The notes beneath the pieces are model-generated. The model was given only the letters and a program-made list of their open reading frames with translations, was not told the DNA's origin and did no database searches. Shown in pieces: positions 25,281 through 38,605 of a stretch of 64,000 nt of DNA; within the stretch, counting starts at the first letter, position 1, and every line of letters starts with the position of its first letter. Origin of the DNA: Carcharhinus longimanus (lineage: Eukaryota); assembly GCA_030264375.1 (NCBI GenBank), contig JASCQW010000099.1, forward strand, positions 42,132,826 through 42,196,825. Reading direction: 5' to 3'. The translations under genes were made by a program, and so were the position numbers.

Positions 25281-26876
25281 AACAGTGCAGGGAGACTCAC
25301 GTCATGCTTCACTGAAGGAAATTGTAGAATGGGGTTTTGAGACAAATAGCAAGATAAAAGATTGTTCTCTAAGTCGGAAGGATCCCATTAAAGCACACAT
25401 AAAAACTTGCAGCTATTACAAAAATAATTAACAGCAATTTTAAAGTAATGTTTACAGGTGACAGTGAATACTGATATTGGTACTATAATGGTCAGCAATC
25501 TGTTTTGTTGTATGCAGATTACCTACACCAAGGATAGTAAACATGCTTAAACATCAAGGGAATAATTGGACCCAGATGGAAAAGAAAAGAATGGGAAGGA
25601 CGAGGAAGAGGAGATAGATGGGAGGGGATAAGTGAAGAAGGGAGGGTGAATGAGAGGGACTACTCAGAAAAAGTGTGAGCACATAGTGGGAGAGAGGAAG
25701 GCTATTTAGTAATCTTTAAAGCTCCAGTTTCAGGTCAAATTTCAGCTCTCTGGAGAAAGTGTTTTTCAAACAGTTAATATCAAGAGGCTGGTTCAATTAT
25801 TTTAGTAGGCTTTTTTTCTCACTTTAATTACACATGATATAAAGTACATATTGTGTGAGGCTTAGTCTAAAGATGAAATGCCAATGTGTGCCTTTTCACT
25901 TAGTGTTATTTGACAGGAATTGATGTCTACTTACTGCAGGTAAATGTTGGCCTTTTGAAAGGAATTTTCCAACTGAAGTGCAATACAACTGTTCCATTTG
26001 TTTTGAATTGAAATATCGTGATTTAATTATTTTAATAGTAGTATTTGTAGAATCAGTGCTCCAGTATGTACAAACTAAGTGATTTCAAAAGTCACACTAC
26101 ACTAAAGAATTTGATTATAAGAAAGGAAGAGTGGATGGCTGCTGCCCCCATTGTATCGGCTGCTTTTGCATCATCTCAAAAACAAAGCGGATCCAAGACT
26201 TCCATGTAGCTTTACAGCTGCAGCGGATGACTGGTGGAGGATGTTTCTCTGTTTTACTCTTTGTTGCAGTCCACCAAGTATTGTGAATCTAGACACTATG
26301 TGGCAAGGTGAGAAGATAGGTTGCAAGAACTACCTCATCATGCTCACGGCATTATTCAACATCACACTCATGGCTGAGTTACTATTTTAATATACAACAG
26401 TTAACACAAGTCATTTTACATGGGGTAAACATAAGGGAAAAAAGACCTGTATAATGCACCAATAACATGAAGGAAAGCAATTTCAAATAAAGAACATTTC
26501 AAATCTTCCATTTCTAATTTTTAATATAAGCACATTTGCAGTTGTCAGAAAACATTTAGCGCACAGTATGCTATGACAACAAACGTAAATAGGATTCATT
26601 CTTGGTATTCAGCAATGCTATATTCATCTGTAACAGTTGTTCCATGCTACTACAATAATGTGTACACTTTGAAGATGACATTACTTCATGGAAGTAGGAT
26701 GAGAAGGTGGGGAGAAGTGGAAAAATGTAAACTTTTGACTCAAAGTAGAAACATTCATTAAAACTATTCACAGTGGTAGAAAACATCTTCTTGCCATTGA
26801 TTTTATGATTGAAACAGCAACCAAATCCATTGATAAATATATTAATTTCATACTGAAGAAAAAAAGCTATATACTA

Positions 26877-27146
<270 letters not shown>

Positions 27147-27427
27147 TCACTGAATGATTATTTTCAAAGCATTGGAAATGACAATTCAGTTCATCATGTG
27201 TGTTAATTTCTTAATTGCAGCTATGTACATTCTACTGTTATTTTCCATTTTCCAATATAAGCGATTGACAATTATCATAGAATATCTAAGGTGCAGAAGG
27301 AGGCCATTCAGCCCATCGGCTGGCACCAAACCACTGAAAGAGCATCTTATTTAAGCTGTGTGGTCAATTTCCTCAATTCCTTGGAGAAATTGGACTGTGG
27401 ACTGAAAAATTCCATAATCTGATTTAT

Positions 27428-27737
27428 GGCACAGTGACACAGTGGTTTGCCCTGTGTCTCACAGCACTGGGACTTCGTTTCAATTCTGGCCTTGGGTCAC
27501 TATCAGTGTTGAGTTTGCACATTCACCTGGTATGTTGCCTCCAGGTGCTCCAGTATTCTCCCACAGTCCAAAGATGTGCAGGTTAGGCTGATTGGCCATG
27601 TTAAATTGCCCCTTATTGTCAGGAAGATTAGCAGGGTAAATTTGTGGGGTTATGGGGATAGGGCCTGGGTGGGATTGTTTTCAGTGCAGGCTCAATGGGC
27701 CAAATGACTTCCTTTTGCACCATATAAATTCTACGAT
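27428..27737 (+). mobile_element. HE1-type tRNA-derived V-SINE
   Basis: GGCACAGTGACACAGTGG A-box-like head, CCCACAGTCCAAAGATGTGCAGGTTAGG V-domain, CR1-like tail. Confidence 0.88.
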
Positions 27738-28484
27738 ACCCAGACTTTCAAAAAGTACTTGACAAAGTTCTACATAAAAAGTTAACAGTTAAATTCAAAC
27801 CTGTGGAGTTTCAGGATAAATATTGTGAATGGATAAGCAATTAGTTAGAAAAAAATGTAGAAAACTGATGTGTATTGATTAGAGGGGCTAAAGCAAGGTT
27901 TTAGGAAACTAAGAATAGTGATTATGTTATGGTATTAGTAATCCAGAGGCCTGGACTAATGGTCTGGAAGCATGAGTTCAAATCCCACCATGGCAGCCAG
28001 GGAAACAAAATTTAATTAGCACTGTAGCTCTTGACACCAGCCAGCCAGATGTTAAAAACAATTGTGTATGTACACACAGTCTGCACTGTAGCCACCAGTG
28101 TTATGCACAGTTTCTGCTGTCTTTGATATGATTGGCATGTACCTGTCAGCTGGTGTCAGTATCGGTTTGCACCTGTGCTCTGTCCAGTGGCCTGAGGCAT
28201 TGCCACCTCTCATCACCACTCCCCTCCTTCCTCAGTCCATCCTGTGCATCACATTTTACTCACAACCCTTCTCCAAGTTCTCACCAGCCCTACCTGCAGT
28301 ACTGGTCAAATACAGAGGAAATTGTCCGGTACATTGACCATCATTCAATCCCAGAAAAGAAACATCAGGGGCTAGATAAAGAGCAAAGTGGCACACTGCC
28401 CATTTTTATTTTAAAAAGCCATCTATTAAAGAGAAGAGGATTTGATATTGTTTGTAGTTTCCGGTTCGAGATGTATTTCTTCCA

Positions 28485-29240
28485 GAACATAGAACATTAC
28501 AGCACAGTACAGGCCCTTTGGCCCTCAATGTTGTGCCAAGCTATGTCCAAACCCAAGGTCAAGCTATCGCAGTCCCTATAATTCTGGTACGCTCCATGTG
28601 CCTATCCAATAACTGCTTGAAAGTTCCTAAAGTCTCCGATTCCACTATCACAGCAGGCAGTCTATTCCGCACCCCAACCACTCTCTGAGTGAAGAATCTA
28701 CCTTGGACATCCTTCCTATATCTCCCACCATGAACCTTATAGTTATGCTCCCTAGTAACAGCTACATCCACCTGAGGAAATAGTCTCTGCATGTCCACTC
28801 TATCAATCCCCCTCATCATCTTAAGCCTCTATTAAGTTGCCTCTCATTCTCCTCTACTTTAAAGAGAAAAGCCCCAGCTCCCTCAACCTTTCCTCAAGAC
28901 TTGCCCTCCAAACCAGGCATCATCCTGGTAAATCTCCTCTGCACTCTCTCCAATGCTTCCACATCCTCCTCATAGTGAGGTGACCAGAACGGAACACAGT
29001 ATTCCAAATGTGGTCTCACCAACGTCCTATACAGTTGCAGCATAACCCCACGGCTGTTAAACTCAAAACGCCCTGTTAATAAACTCTAACACACTATAGG
29101 CCTTCTTCACAGCTCTATCCACTTGAGTGGGAACTTTCAAAGGTCTGTGGATATGAACCCCAAGATCTCTCTGTTCCTCCACATTCGTCAGAACCCTGCC
29201 GTTGACCCTGTATTCAGCATTCAAGTTTGTCCTACCAGAA
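28485..29240 (-). mobile_element. CR1 LINE 3' portion
   Basis: EEQRDLGVHIHRPLKVPTQVDRAVKKAY...MMRGIDRVD; AGAACAT repeat tail at 28485. Confidence 0.92.
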
Positions 29241-29274
29241 TTCACTTGACTCGTTCCTAGGATGAGGGACCCCT

Positions 29275-29868
29275 ATAGTCATAGAGGTTTACAGCATGGA
29301 AGCAAGCTCTTTGACCAAACTTGTCCATGCCACCCGTTTATTTGGCCACTAAGCTAGTTCCAATTGCCCGCGTTTGGCCCATATCGCTCTATACCCATCT
29401 TACCTATGTAATTGTCTAAATGCTTTTCAAAAGGCAATATTGTACCTGCCTCTACTGCCTCTGGCAGCTCGTTCCAGACACTCACCACCCTCTGTGAAAA
29501 AATTGCCCCTCTGGACCCGTTTGTGTTCTCCTCCTTCCCTTAAACCTGTGCCCTCTAGCTTTAGACTTCGCTACCTTTGGGAAAAGATATTGACTATCTA
29601 GCTGATCAATGCCTCTCATTTTATAGATCTCTATAAGATCATTCCTCAACATCCTACAGTCCAGAGGAAGAAAGTCCCAGTCTATCCAGCCTCTCCTCAT
29701 AACTCAAACCATCAACTCCTGGTAGCATCCTAGTAAATCTTTTCTGCACTTTTTCTACTTTAATAATATCCTTTCTACAATAGGGTGATCAGAACTGTAC
29801 ACAGTATTCCAAATGTGGCTGTACCAATGCCTTGTACAACTGCAATAAGACGTCCCAACTCCTGTATC
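29275..29868 (-). mobile_element. CR1 LINE 3' portion
   Basis: LRNDLIEIYKMRGIDQLDSQYLFPKV; TAGTCATAG tail. Confidence 0.9.
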
Positions 29869-30021
29869 TGGGTTTCTGGATTATTAGCCTAGTAAGATTA
29901 TACTACTATGCTACTGTCATTCTTTAAACAAGGTTTTCTTTTCTTGTACTTTGTAGAAATTGTATTTGATTTTGTTTGTTTGTGGTAAATTTTCTAGGCT
30001 AATGTTCTTTTTTAATCACAG

Positions 30022-30115
30022 GATGGTGATTCTTCATTGAGAAATGCTGCCTCCTTCCCTTTAAGATCTCCACAAGCAGTGTGTTCTCCTGCGAGCAGCG
30101 ATGGAACTCCAAAGG
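30022..30115 (+). CDS. NIPBL: Isolated NIPBL (Nipped-B-like cohesin loader) exon, 94 nt, phase 0-1, antisense within an EML6 intron; duplicated fragment or misplaced sequence
   Basis: TTTTTTAATCACAG|GAT GGT GAT ... CCA AAG G|GTAAAT encodes DGDSSLRNAASFPLRSPQAVCSPASSDGTPK(G); human NIPBL as recalled reads DGDSSTMRNAASFPLRSPQPVCSPAGSEGTPKG. No neighbouring NIPBL exons were found in the window. Confidence 0.88.
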
Positions 30116-30183
30116 GTAAATTTATAAAGTTGCATGTACTGAACCTATCCTTAATACTGTGTATAATATAATTAATATTTTAG

Positions 30184-30237
30184 ACTTTTTGCGAAGAAGC
30201 ATGCTAATTGAAGAACTGGACGATGTGGGCATGAAGG
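30184..30237 (+). other. Candidate 54-nt phase 1-1 cassette exon downstream of the NIPBL exon
   Basis: ATTTTAG|AC TTT TTG CGA ... ATG AAG G|GTAATT. In frame with the upstream exon, no stop, (D)FLRRSMLIEELDDVGMK(G), after a 68-nt GT-AG intron. Confidence 0.4.
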
Positions 30238-30347
30238 GTAATTGTTTCCTGGCTTTCAAGGCACTTGGTTTCCATAATTGGACAATGATATTGAGACCAG
30301 TTGAAAATTCCGTTTCGTGTTCTTTTCGGCACATGGCTGCAGTCCCT

Positions 30348-30475
30348 GGGCGAGATTTTACGGCTTTGTTCTTCCCAATACCATAAAATCCCACCTGAGG
30401 TCAACGCACCTTTCCATGGTCCGCTCCTCGCCCACTTCGATTCACGTGGCGGGTGGGGCGGTAAAATTCTGGCCC
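30348..30475. mobile_element. 128-bp Harbinger-type MITE
   Basis: TIRs GGGCGAGATTTTAC and GTAAAATTCTGGCCC. Confidence 0.75.
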
Positions 30476-31389
30476 CTTTCTTTGAGTGAAGCTTATAATA
30501 GTGACCCAATGTTTTTCTTGGCTTAGTTATGTCACAACTAGGACAGTTTCAAGAACTAGCTCTCACTGAAGTAAGACTTACATTGAGGGATGGGTGAACT
30601 AACTTATGACAGGGCATGGAAGAAGCTAAAGTAAAATTGAAGCATTTTCTATAGGTGGTGATATACATTTCTGAAATTATACTGATTGGGAATTAGAGTG
30701 ATGGCCCAATTACAGTGAAAGCTGTCCTTTTTATTTTGCTATCTTATTGCAGTATTATTGTTGGTATCTGGTTTGACTCTAAGGTTTGGATTTGTTTACT
30801 GTGTGTTAAAATTTAAGACAATTATATATGCAAAGATTTTAGATCATAGATCATTAGCATAATTTATTTGTGACTTTTTAATTTGCGATGATTTTATCTC
30901 AATTAAGTGTCAACAAAGAAACTAGTAGGCACTGTTTTTTGTTACAAACTTTTGTTTAATTAGAGTGATGAAAGTTATTTTGTATAAAGTAGATTGCTAG
31001 CTCAATTCTGATGTCCATCAGTTACATTGAGAGCTTCTGAATTAAACCATTGAACTGACCCGGAGAACAGTGTTTGCTCTAAGTTGCATGAGTACCCGAC
31101 CACGCAGTGGACCAGAAAGTGCTGCACAGCGGATAAACAGGCCATACATAAGAATGGCCTCTTTAACAAACATGTGTGACCTTGTGACAAGGACTGCATG
31201 ATGCACCAAACAACCCACGCACAGTGAGGGAAATTAGAGAAAGCATTTCCTCAGAATATGGACTAAACACTTTTCTGATGAATTCATAAAACTGCTGGCA
31301 TGTTCTGATTCAGGTTGTTTTCAATGCAGACATTTATGGGTTTAATTTTTACCTATTCAGCTGACTGGAAGATTGCACTGTGATGCATG

Positions 31390-32080
31390 ACTAGAATCAT
31401 AGAATGTCTGCAGCACAGGAGAAGGCTATTTTGGCTTATTGCATCTGTACTGATTTTCTGAAGGAGCAGTTCACCTAGTGCTCCCTTGCCTTCTCTCTGT
31501 AGCTGAGCATATTCTGTTTTCAAATATTAATCCAAATCCCCCAGGAATGTGTTGATTTGAACCTGGCTCTGCAGATTTGATGGGTTGAAGGACCTCTTCT
31601 GCACTGTAGGATTCTCTGTAGGACACACTAAGGCAGTGTATTCCAAGTGTAAGCAACTGCTACTTGTCCAAAAAAAAATCCTTATGTCACAGTTGCTGCT
31701 TTTGTCAGTCACCATAAATCTGTATCCTCTGGTTCTTAGTGCTTTCAGCAATGGTTTCTGTCCATCTGCACTGTGTAGATACCTCGTGGCCTCCACTCAA
31801 GCTTCTCTTCTCCAAGGGGAACAGTCAATTTCTCCAAGCTATCCACATAATTGAAGTTCCTCATCCATGCAACCATTCTGATGAAATTTTTCCCCATTCT
31901 TACCCCATTGAAGTTAGCCTTCCCCTATTAATTATTCCTCTAGATTGTTCCTTGCTCATTTCTATAGCCAAATTAAACCTAATAATGCAATGACCATGGT
32001 TCTGTAAATCATTTCCTACTGACCCTTGGTTGTTCATTCCCAAGAATCAGATTTAGCAGATTTTCCTTCCTTACTGGACT
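31390..32080 (-). mobile_element. CR1 3' fragments
   Basis: TAGAATCATAGAA tail; LRTRGYRFMV segment. Confidence 0.7.
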
Positions 32081-32099
32081 GAAAACATTCTGTTGTAGA

Positions 32100-33045
32100 A
32101 AATTCTGGTAGTACTCAGGTCTCGCTGTATTTATGGAGAGAGAAACAGTTAACATTTCGAGTGGAGTATGACTTTTCAGAAACGTAATGGGTTAGATGCT
32201 GTCAAAGGGTACAGTGCAGTAGGCTAGGGACAGAAATTAGTATGTGAGAGCAAGGTGGTGAATTACAATGACAAGGAACTAGAAGCTCAGTGGTGCATGA
32301 AGGTGTACCATCAAATAGTTACCCATCCTGCGTTTGGTCTGTGGTGTAGAGCAGTGAATACAGTATGTGAAACTGAAAGTAGTACCAGTAAATTGCTGCC
32401 TCCCTGGAATGAGCGTTTGGGGCCTAGGGTGGTGAGGAGGTGAAAGGGCAACTGTTACAGAAGAACATAAGAACTAGGAGCAGGAGTAGACCATCTGGCT
32501 CCTTGAACCTGCTCCACCATTCAGTAAGATCATGGCTGATCTTTTTCATGGACTCAGCTCCACTTACCTGCCTGCTTACCATAACTCAATTCGTTTACTG
32601 TTCAAAATTTATCTATCCTTGTCTTTAAAACATTCAATGAGTTGGCCTCAGTTGCTTCACTGGGCAGGGAATTCCACAGATCTACAACCCTGTGTAGATC
32701 AGTATGGCGTGGAGAAACTGGACAGGAGACGAAGGGAAGATATGTTCGGTAGTGAAGTCATGCTGAAGGTGCCAGAAATGATCGAGGATGATCCCTTGAA
32801 TGTGAAGGCTGGTGAAGTGGAAAATGAGGAAAAGGGAAACCCTATTGCAGCTCAGGGAAGAGAGGGGGATGCATGAGAATAGAAATGCAGGAAATAGGTC
32901 AGACAGGGTTGAGGATCCAGTCCACCACAGTGGAGGGTAACTAGAAACACAGTTATGGAAGTGCTTCATCAGAGCAGATGTGACAGACGCTGAGAAACTG
33001 GAAGAATGGAATAGAATTATTACAGGAAGCAAGGTGTGAAGAAGT
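32100..33045 (-). mobile_element. Penelope-like element remnant interrupted by a CR1 3' end (about 32460-32695)
   Basis: RVSLFLIFHFTSLHIQGIILDHFWHLQHDFTTEHIFPS, typical of the PLE RT-GIY-YIG linker; AAGAACATAAGA CR1 tail. Confidence 0.7.
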
Positions 33046-34220
33046 AGGTTACTATACCTACTTGTGACTAATAAATAAACTTAACTTTAAACTTATGAGC
33101 AGAAAAAGGCAGAGTTGGATGGAAGAAGGAATATTCCGCATATCATACAAAAAGACAGGCACCTTATGGATACCTGTAACCACACCTTGAACATGGGGGA
33201 AGTGAAATGAATTAAAGGGGAAATTCTTCAATTTTCTAATTCCTTTTTTCACAGGCCAACAATGAGGCAACGAAGCGTAGGAGGGTGCTGGTGGATGGGG
33301 GCTAGTTGGACTGCAGGGGAGAAATGAAGAGCCCTCAAATCATCCAGGGATTTTGCGGGGGGGCAGGGGGCGTGAATGAATGGAGGCGCAGAAACTGAAA
33401 ACTGCATCAACGTTGCTTGCAATTTCCACCTTTCACCACCACATGACCCGACTTTGACAGTTCCCTTCCTTGACTACTTTAATTTCCATACACATTTGTT
33501 CCTCAATATTTTGCCCACTAGTTGGTAACCTGTAGACTATACTGAGTAAAGGTTGTTTCTTAGATGTAGCCTAATAAATTCTATCCATCACCCCGGCTAT
33601 GTTCTTTTAGTCAGTATGCCATTCCTTCTCCTTTTCTCTTTTCCAATCTTTGCTGAACTCCCTGTATCCAGAAATATTTAATTCTCGGGCCTAATCTTCA
33701 TTGAAACAGCTCTGTAGCCACAGCATCATATTTCTATGTGGCTAACAGAACCTGCAGCTAAGCAATCTTATTTAGTGTATGCTGCACGTTCACATACATA
33801 CATCTCATCATGTTACAAACAGGGTAAATAAATGGGAACCAGTGAATGTAGTGTATTTGGATTTTCAGAAGACGTTCGATAAGGTGCCACATAAAATTAA
33901 CCTATGTTACAAAAAAACATGCATGCTGGTCACAATCATAAAATGGAATTTGGCTGAACAAGAATTTTTAATGAAAAAAGCAACAGGCAATCTACTAAAG
34001 TTGGGGAGTTGTCATTTCACTACACAGTTTTGTAATAAACCTTGTCAGGAAGGCGAATGGGATGCTGGCCTTCATAGCGAGGGGGATTGAATATAAAAGT
34101 AGGGAGGTCTTGCTGCAGCTNNNNNNNNNNNNNNNNNNNNNNNNNNNNNNNNNNNNNNNNNNNNNNNNNNNNNNNNNNNNNNNNNNNNNNNNNNNNNNNN
34201 NNNNNNNNNNNNNNNNNNNN

Positions 34221-34590
34221 CCCCCTGTTTATCCTTTTCTACATTCTACCTCTGTTCCATTCTGCCCTGCCCCAACAGCTCCATCCGTCACAGCTTACAG
34301 TTTCTCTGCTGTTTGGCCATTCACACCCTTTATTCTCTCTGAGATAGCTATTAGCAATCTTCTCCCCTGGTTTCTATCGCTAAGACTCATCTTTCATTCC
34401 CTCCCCTGTAGTATAAATATCTCCCACTTTCTATGTCTTTTAGCTTTGACAAAGGGTTATCCGGACTCAAAATATCTGCTCTTTTCTCTCTTTACAGATA
34501 CTGTCAGACCTGCTGAGATTTTCCAGCATTTTCTCTTTTCGTTTCTCTCTTTTGGTTTCAGATTCCAGCATCCACAGTAATTTGCTTTTA
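34221..34590 (+). mobile_element. Penelope-like element 3' terminal repeat
   Basis: TTTGACAAAGGGTTATCCGGACTCAAAA...AGACCTGCTGAGATTTTCCAGCATTTTCTC...CAGATTCCAGCATCCACAG. Confidence 0.7.
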
Positions 34591-34689
34591 TTTAGTAAGC
34601 AGGTCAACATGCTCTGCATGTACACTTGGTGGCAAGTGCCCTGCACATATTGCATTTGCCATGAAATCACTTGGAGGCAAGACAAGAGG

Positions 34690-36030
34690 GCTATGGACGT
34701 GGATCGTTTCGTGACAAGGGAGAGATGGCCAGAAGCACTAATAAGCAGTGTAGCTGCTGGCCAGAATCTCTCATTGGAATCTGCGGGAGGGAGCTCCTCC
34801 AAAAAATCCATGATAGGNNNNNNNNNNCACTACTGTTAACTCTGTACAGAGTGCCAGAGCCTCCGGTGAACAGCCTACAAAGAAACTAAAATCTGGAACA
34901 AAGTAGTATAAAGATGATTTCTTAAGGTATGGTTTTGTGAACTGTACCAATGCAAATCAGGATGCAAAGCCCATGTGTGTCACATGCAGGAAAATACTGG
35001 CAAATCAAGAATCTAAACCTCTAAACTGCAAAGACATCTGAAAACTAAGCAAGGCGATCTTGAGAACAAACCTTTAGATTTTTTTCAAAGGATGCAGCAA
35101 GAACGAAATCATCAGCTTACACTTCTGAGCAGAAATGTATCATTGAATGACAAAGCACAATTAGCCTCTAACATGGTAGATTACCACATAGCTAAAGAGA
35201 AAATGACCCACACTGTTGCAGAGATTAATTCTCCTTGCAGCATTAAACATGTTTGCATGATTTTAGATGAGAAGTCAGCTGTAAAACTGAAATGTATCCC
35301 ACTTGCTGATAACATAGTGGCTCGCAAAATTAATGATATTGCTGAGAATCTGGAAATATAGCTTATTTCTCGTTTAAACTTAATGGAGGAATTCTCAATG
35401 CAACTGGATGAAAGTACAGACATTACATGTTGTGTAACCTTGCTAGTTTACATTAGCTACGTTTCGCATGATGAATTTTTGGGGATATGCTGCTTGACGT
35501 TATCCAACTGGTGCACAGATTTTTGAAGCATTGAAGTTATGTAGTTGAAAAGTGCAGGCTTGACTGGGTTAGTTGCAGAGGAATCACAACCAAAAGGCAG
35601 CCAACTTAACTGGGAAAAACAGTGGAATTATAAGAATGACTAAAAAGGCAACTAGTCAAGACATTGTCTGAAAACATTGTTTCATTCACGCAAGGCACTG
35701 GCATTGAAAGGAATTCCATCCAACCTTAAAGAGGTGCTGAAAGTTGTAAATTTCATTAAATGCAGCGCGCTCAATATCAGGTTTTTCGAGTCTCTTGTGT
35801 TCCGGCACGGGGGCCAAGCACACACATTTATTGTTCCATACTTACGTACATTGGTTGTAAAGAGGTCGGATACTTGATAGTGTTTAAGGTATGAAATCCA
35901 CGCTTTTCTCCAAGAAACTGTCCCCTGGCTGATTTGTTTGATGATGAAAGTTGGTTGCTAACTCTGTCTTACCTTCCAGGCATTTTTTCAATTCTAAGTG
36001 AACTGAACCTAAAACTGCAAGGAAAGCTTC
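34690..36030 (+). mobile_element. hAT (Buster/Charlie, ZBED5/SCAND3-like) transposase pseudogene
   Basis: YKDDFLRYGF..PMCVTC (BED finger), KPLDFFQR, HIAKEKMTHTVAE, IPLADNIVARKINDIAEN, FSMQLDESTD, HCFIH, KVVNFIK; frameshifted. Confidence 0.9.
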
Positions 36031-36529
36031 CAGCAAATTAATGGGTGAGCCTAGGAATCTTCTTTTTGGCCTAATGTTCCATTTCTCAGCTTATTTCGTA
36101 CTCTTCCAGACACTTCCAGCCCCTGCTTGCAACCAGAATGCACCTTCCCATTAAGGGGTGCAAGTTAGCTATTATTGCTGTTAGCTTCATCCAGACTTGG
36201 CCTCCCTGATGAATGTTTAGCCCTCCAGCAGTGTGGTTAGCAGTGGGCTGCACATAACATTAATGGAGATGAGCATGCAGCAATAAGTACAGAGTGATTG
36301 TACATTGCAAATTGCTATTGGGCCTGATCCAATCTTTATTTCCTAACTTCTTCACCTCAATGATAGACCTCATAACTTTTCCTGTAATTAAAAATAAGCT
36401 ACCTGCAGTGCCTTGCTATTTCAATATTCACTTGGTCAGGAACTTAGGTCTGAACCTTGAAAGGCTTCTTTGCTCCTATCAAAGGTGGCAAGTTCTGCCA
36501 AATGGCTGACCATAATTTTTAAACTCCCA

Positions 36530-37520
36530 TACAATGGGAGCTAAAGCAGCACAGAAGACCAGGAGATTCAAGCGGAGGCCATTTAGTGGGCTTCCTGCTG
36601 GGCACCACAGCCAATGCGAGCCGGATTTCCGGCACCATTAGCTGCATGCCAGAAACCAGCATAGAGCTGTGTACATTATGTTAATTCTAATTTTATTATT
36701 TACGTATGATTAGCAAGCCCAGGACTGAAGTCTCCGGGTCACTAGCCTCTGTCTGCACATTCTCCCTACCCCTCCCCACCCACCAGCAGCATTTCACTTG
36801 TGGGCAACTGGCAACCAGACCCCACTGGAGCGAAGTTTGGGGGGGGGGAAGAGTGTGTTGAGACCCCTAAGGACATCAGGGGTGAGGGGGGTGACTCTTG
36901 GCATTGCCAGCTTTGTGTTGCCTAAGAGGCAGCGTGGCAATGCCCAGAGGGCATCTTGCCATTGCCCACTGAGTCTTGGGCAGTGCCAAATGGGACAGGG
37001 GCCACTTGGGGGGGGGGGGGGGGGACNNNNNNNNNNNNNNNNNNNNNNNNNNNNNNNNNNNNNNNNNNNNNNNNNNNNNNNNNNNNNNNNNNNNNNNNNN
37101 NNNNNNNNNNNNNNNNNNNNNNNNNNGGGGGGCTGCTGCTGCCATTCAACACTGAGATCAGTGACAGAGGGAGGCCAGCGATTGGGGAGGGGGGTGGTCA
37201 CATGCCAGCGATTGGGGAGGGGCAGGGAGGTCATGGGGCTGACCAGTGCTCGGGAAACCAGCAATGCGAGGCTACTGCGGATGCGTCAATCTCAGTTCTG
37301 ACAGATTGGCACATGTGCAGTGGCCCGCTCAGCACCATGCTGCTGGTCTTTCCAGCGGAATAGGCCCAGCCTGCTGATCTTTCACATAAATCACACCAGT
37401 GCATTCAGCAGTGCAGAGTGTAGGTGATCCATTTTGAAACTCCCACTGAAAAAAAACAGCAGATTTCCTCCAATTTTTGCTCAAATTCGACACTTAGAAT
37501 TCTTTGGGAAGAATCATCCC
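36530..37520. mobile_element. Non-autonomous Harbinger-related element
   Basis: End reads GGGGATGATTCTTCCCAAAGAATTCTAAGTG on the minus strand, similar to the termini of the 9222-14792 Harbinger. Confidence 0.6.
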
Positions 37521-37714
37521 CAATATTTTTCGTGTACACTTGTATCAAATTCAATACTTTTTTGTAAAGACAATTTTTTGCAACAGCCACTTAAAAGTGA
37601 TCCCTAATAGGTGCAATTACAAGAAGACTGTGTGTGTGCGTGTGAGAAAAATCTTATGTCAAATATTAGCGCAATTAAACTCTTCTCTCCCTATTTCAGT
37701 CATTTTAAAATGTG

Positions 37715-38085
37715 TTTTTTTTAAATTCATTCATGGACATGGGCGTTGCTGATCGGTCAGCATTTATTGCCCATCCATATTTGCCCTTGATATGAGTAGC
37801 TTGTATTTCAGAGGGCAGTTGAGAATCAACCACACTGCTGTGGCTCTGGAGTCACGTGTAGGCCAGAGCAGGTAAGGACAGCAGATTTCCTTTCCTAAAG
37901 GACATTAGTAAACCAGGTGGGTTTTTCTGACAATGGTTTCCTGGTCATCAATAAATTCTTAATTCCATATTTTTATTGAATTCAAGTTCCACTGTCTGCC
38001 GTGACGGGATTCGATCCCAAGTCCCCAGGACATTAGCTGAGGTTCTGGATTAATAGTCTGGTGACAATAGCACTAGGTCATTCTT
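37715..38085 (-). mobile_element. tRNA-derived SINE sharing its 3' tail with the LINE at 44945-46205
   Basis: GGGATCGAATCCC B-box; tail GATGGGCAATAAATGCTG...CATGAATGAATTTAAAAAAAA. Related heads at about 27925-28015 (+) and 29870-29920 (-). Confidence 0.85.
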
Positions 38086-38359
38086 CCTCTTATATAAAGC
38101 ATAAATAGAAGATATCACTGGTGATCCAATGAATTACACTAAATATTGCCACCAATATTGGTTTCATTAATTAAATCCTAACCTGCTCACAAAGTCTCTT
38201 TTTCTTTTGATATACAAATTATTTCAAGTTTCTAGTAAATTACCCAGTCATTAAAACAGAAACTTTTTGCATATGAATACATTTAAAAGATCCAAGCCTA
38301 AGGAAGAGGTAAAAAGAAAGATTCTATTTCAAGGAAAGTAACTGTTTTTAAACATATTA

Positions 38360-38605
<246 letters not shown>

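Noticed and set aside
37005-37130. Poly-G tracts next to gaps (also about 41065) as G-quadruplex elements
   Set aside because: They coincide with assembly breaks inside TE derivatives, so their length is unreliable.
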